Assembly: GCA_000708835.1 (NCBI GenBank)
Contig: DF237454.1
Coordinates: 1 to 64,000, forward strand
Source of the DNA: Klebsormidium nitens
Lineage: Eukaryota > Plantae > Klebsormidiophyceae
Direction of reading: 5' to 3'
Length of the DNA stretch: 64,000 nt
Below the pieces are notes generated by a model. It had not been told where the DNA came from. It ran no database searches and worked only from the letters and a program-made list of their open reading frames with translations. Position numbers and translations under genes: made by a program. Of this stretch, positions 60,101 through 64,000 are shown in pieces. Within the stretch, counting starts at the first letter, position 1; each line of letters starts with the position of its first letter.

Positions 60101-62339
60101 TGCTGGCTTTAAACAGTGAACCTTGCTTTAAAATCGAAGGACTGAGCGAACTTGATCTTGGGGAACTGTCGGTCATCTACATGCCTTGTCTTTCTGGATG
60201 CTGTTGCGCTTTTCCAGTCTTCAGCGTCTTTTGAACAAGGCTTGCATCGCGTGTCGCTCAAACAATCAGGAAGGAATGGGCGCATGTCGTCTAGGGGGAC
60301 ACGTCAAACGACATCTTTTAGCAGATGCGGCACTGCTTTTCATGAGCTGCTAACATAGTGTGTCATTACAAGGCATCTTACAAAGATCACTGACTCTTGT
60401 CATGGACCTGGTGACTGAACCATCTGACCTGCTCTCAACTTGCACCACATTTGCGATACCAGGGTTACCGTTTGACGCGATTGTATGATCATCCAACATA
60501 TCCCTTTTAAATAGGACCTTCTTGTGATAAGAAGCTAAGTTGTCGGCACTCAAGGATGCCTACTCATTTGGTAATTGCGGGAGTATTGATCTTGAGTCCT
60601 CCGAAAGCCAATGACATCACTCGGAGCTTCTTCTGTGCGGGTCTTGGTATTTTTAACCCTTGAAGATGGTTGAACTGTGTCCCATCTTGTTATTTGCCAG
60701 GCAGAACCTTCCCGGAAGGGTGACAGTCTGGCCTAAAAAGTGGACGCGAAAGTGGCCGCTTTTCTTCATGATACGTCGACGCGACTGACATACAGTGGCC
60801 TGAAACCTGGTCAACTGTTGTGCACTGCAGGTGGTGGCAACGCTGAGGACAAGAAGAAAAAGGGCATCAAGAGAGAAGAGGAGCCACAAGAGTAAGGGCG
60901 CCGCACCGGTCAACTTTTACAAAGCGCAAAGTTGCTCCACTTCGTTTAGTTTCAAGGGCATGGGTTGACGTTTGTAAATTCCGGATCCTGATTTCGACTC
61001 GAGGCTGATTGAACTCGTTTCTTACAGGCTAGTTTCTAGTTGAAGCAGCAGTCGTGCAGGGAGTGAACCGGGTATCGCTCGATCATCTCTGGAGACTTTC
61101 ATGACGGTCTTCTCTATTGAAGAAGCGCTCAGAACGCCGCTCAAAGAACTCTAGTGATTCGAAAGGAGATCTGATGGCCCGTAACCTTGTGCAGATACTT
61201 TCAGACGAAGGCTGAGCTTCAGGGAAAGAGTACCTTCGCGGATCCTCTGGCCATCATCGGAGTTCTATCGATCTTCCTTCCGTTCATTATCCTGGGGGCC
61301 GCGTTTTCAGCAGGCTTGGTCAAACTGCCATCTTAGATTAGGATCGACAATCACTAGGCCTCTGAATCACGGAAGAGTGTACGAGTGCTTGTGTTTGACA
61401 AGCTCGGCTTGCGTTGCTTAGAACTTTGGAAACTTCGAGTTGATTTGTGGGTGCATCGTCTCGGTGCTTTTCCAGCTTGAGGACTCTTACAGATGTTGCC
61501 CGTCGGCCTCCAATTCTAGCACTTAATGTCTTGCCTCTTGGATCACAACGAGGCCATGTCTGCAGCATATGATCCATCTTGCATCCGACCATCTTAGTAC
61601 CATATAGTACGTGCATGGCTATATAAATGCTTGTCAGCACCCACGTATGCGCCACACTTACAGCAAGGCAACTCAAGGATGAATCATTTAGCCTGCGCTC
61701 TCAAATCTAGTTCTCCAAACGGCAAGCCGATCGCGAAATCTGGGTAGCGACGGAGCTCCGACGCGACGTGCGCGTTAAATGGCATCTGCAACCAATGATC
61801 AAGATCAACACGAACGCGGCCGGTCGCCCTCAAGCACTACGTGTGCGCAACCCGAATGGAGTACGCTGCTGGTGAGCCGAACTCCCACTCTGGACCCCAT
61901 CAGGTTCAACGGTTTGTTGCAACATTGGGACCCGGGCCGCTCGAAATGCAGCTCCTTCTTACCTTTGTGAGCAGAGAATCGTCATAAAAGCGTTCGCAAC
62001 CAATCAAATTAAATACACTGCTCGTGTCGTTCCGCTTGCCATGCTTGCCTAGGGGGAGAAAGAGTCACCCGTTTCAGCGAATGCAACTTCAAGTCCTTCG
62101 GTGGACTTCTCATCGGTTGATTTTTTTGGCCCTTCATTTCCTCTTGCGCTCGAATCCTGAAACCTAGCCGGCTACCACCACGCGAGAACCCTCTGGCGAC
62201 TGGAAAGCCAGAGGAGTCCCGTCAGTCTTCGTTCTTCGACTCTCCATTTGCTTCGCTTCATTGAAATCCTGAATGACTGCACTCCCATCAAGCGGAAGTT
62301 TTTCTTGCCGTCGAGTCAAGAACGCGACCAAACACCCTT

Positions 62340-62548
62340 GAGTCTCAGAAACCATGGTTCCCTCCGTTCCGTTTCCGTTTGTTCCGTTCAGGCTCCTGGA
62401 CCTGGTGGGCCCCGACCACGCGGAGGCTTGCCTCGCGACCAAAATCACGAAGAAGCGGGCGAAACTACCTTATCCCTTTCAAAGCCGTACAAGTCTCTCG
62501 AACCCCGCTTCCGTTCGTTTCGTTCAGGCTCCTGAAACCCAGGCGACG
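62340..62548 (+). repeat. Direct repeat of a pyrimidine-rich acceptor-like segment (..ccgttcag|gctcctg..) at 136-bp spacing
   Basis: agtctc..aacc..ttccgtt..gtt..cgttcaggctcctg occurs at about 62341-62400 and 62491-62548. A weaker third copy (gctcgaatcctgaaacc..accacgcg) lies at about 62148. Confidence 0.7.
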
Positions 62549-64000
62549 AATCTTAGCCAGATGATGCTCAGATCAACAATCTGACGTGCAGGCCCATGTG
62601 TCGGACGCTGACGGACGCCGAGCACCTTCGGACACCGTCACGGAACTCGATCCGAACAATTCGTACCCTAAAGGACAGGTCATACCGGCGGGCGGATTCA
62701 CACAGCTCCTCCAGACGATGGGCGTGCAAGGTGTGAACGTGCTCTTAGGAAGTATATCTCGCTTTTCCCGTGATCTGATCAGCAAGGAGCGAGGGTGGCC
62801 TGCGGGTTGGAAATGGTTCCTTCACTTTTGGAGGATTCCGGTTGGGTGCACATTTGACCCTTTCGAGAGCAAGTTTACATCGGGATAGGGGCGTGTCTGG
62901 TTCTCCTTTAAATCTCTGCGACAGACTTGAAAGATTCTGAAGCCTGCTACTGTGAGGTTACTGCAAATTCAAGGGCACGTGCCTTGGCGACTGGGGATGC
63001 ATGGTCCGGGGCGATTTGTCGCTGGAAAGTTCGCGAATGCGCTGTTCCTAGTCTCCTGCTGCTTTTTACTGCGAACCTATGCAGCGTGTGAGTGCGCTTC
63101 TGTGCTGTATCTGGGCCGTCTCTTTCAACGTTTTGAGGATCTGCGGGCTGCGTACAAGCAAACCTTGCACCGATCGTCACGGAATCCGAGATTGCACGTT
63201 GCTGACGTCGTCGGCTCATAAGTCGCTGAGGGAACGCTGACGTCAGGCTGCTGTCTGCTGCTAATTGCAGGCAAGAAAATGCTCTTCTTCCGCTGTGAGT
63301 CGACGTGATTCGACGGACTCGGTTCTTTCTCCTCGCCTGGTGCAACGCCGTCGTCAGTATCTGCAGGGGCGTGTGCTCCCTTTCTTCCCAGGTTTGTTCC
63401 TTCCCTCCTCCTCCTCCTTTTGGCCGTGATGAAACTCCCCCACGTACGGGGCTCGTTGCTTGCTCAAATTACTGGGGCCGGCTATCTTGGTCGTCTTTCG
63501 GTATTCCTTTGCGAATCCGTTTCCGTTCGTGATTACCGCCCAATCACTCAGTTAACCCAAGCTCCAATTCTGGTGGCAGAGGGCTGATCAAGGGCGCCAA
63601 CATGGATCAATCTCCGGTTCCAATCCAGATGCTGAGGTCCGATCTGATATAGTCTCTTCGAAGACTCAGGATCAGGGTGGCACCCTGGATATGCTTCCCA
63701 TCTCGTTTTCGTTATGCCGTTTACGTTTTCGTTCCCGGATTGCGAGAGTACCTCGAGCCTTGCTGACTCAGAACTTCCTTTTGCTGCACAAGGGTCGGGG
63801 CACCACTGTTTACGTCTTATCGTTTCCAAGTCTATCTCCGTTTTGACCGTTCCCATTTTCGAGTACCCCGGTAGTTCGCTTTGCCAACCCAAGCCTGAAT
63901 CCTGGTGCATACAGCTCAGGGCGCTACCGTGGTCGTGATCGTTCCGTTTCGTTACATATCTGCGAATAGTTCACATCAGACCTTCACTGTTGTTGTCAGA

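Noticed and set aside
60500-60553. 'ADNLASYHKK' resembles the IS630/Tc1 DDE motif (DNxxxHK)
   Set aside because: The spacing is off by one residue, and no other transposase motifs or terminal inverted repeats were found.
1-64000. tRNA, rRNA, snRNA genes or telomeric arrays
   Set aside because: No cloverleaf with a GTTCGAATC T-arm in a proper context, no rRNA-like segments and no (TTTAGGG)n arrays were seen.

Overview
Eukaryotic, intron-rich nuclear DNA, most consistent with a flagellate-stage streptophyte green alga such as Klebsormidium. This is inferred from a ciliary IFT gene sitting beside plant-type EGY2, chlorophyllase and UVH3 genes, GC3-rich exons and 0.2-0.9 kb introns. I reconstructed exon chains by hand, using GT/AG boundaries and phase continuity, for eight genes: TTC21B/IFT139 (-, 875-13890), an EGY2-like M50 protease (-, 16489-21567), chlorophyllase (+, 22250-26687), a BTB/POZ protein (-, 28299-30212), an OTU deubiquitinase (-, about 34200-39457), a very large XPG/UVH3 nuclease (+, 40126-52515), a CDP-alcohol phosphatidyltransferase (+, 53726-54805) and a small microbial-type DOPA 4,5-dioxygenase (-, 56282-57147). 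There is also a frameshifted, essentially intronless metallophosphoesterase (31630-32679), an orphan GH17 glucanase fragment (55300-55377) and two assembly gaps. Three observations stand out. (1) The last XPG exon carries an extra, uncharacterised domain of about 170 aa of a type I recall from bacterial and fungal hypothetical proteins. (2) At least a dozen intronic 'echo' copies of exon ends, including their splice sites, occur in four genes at spacings of about 107-198 bp. (3) The DOPA dioxygenase is of the fungal/cyanobacterial type. All family assignments come from recognising motifs by eye; no database search was run.
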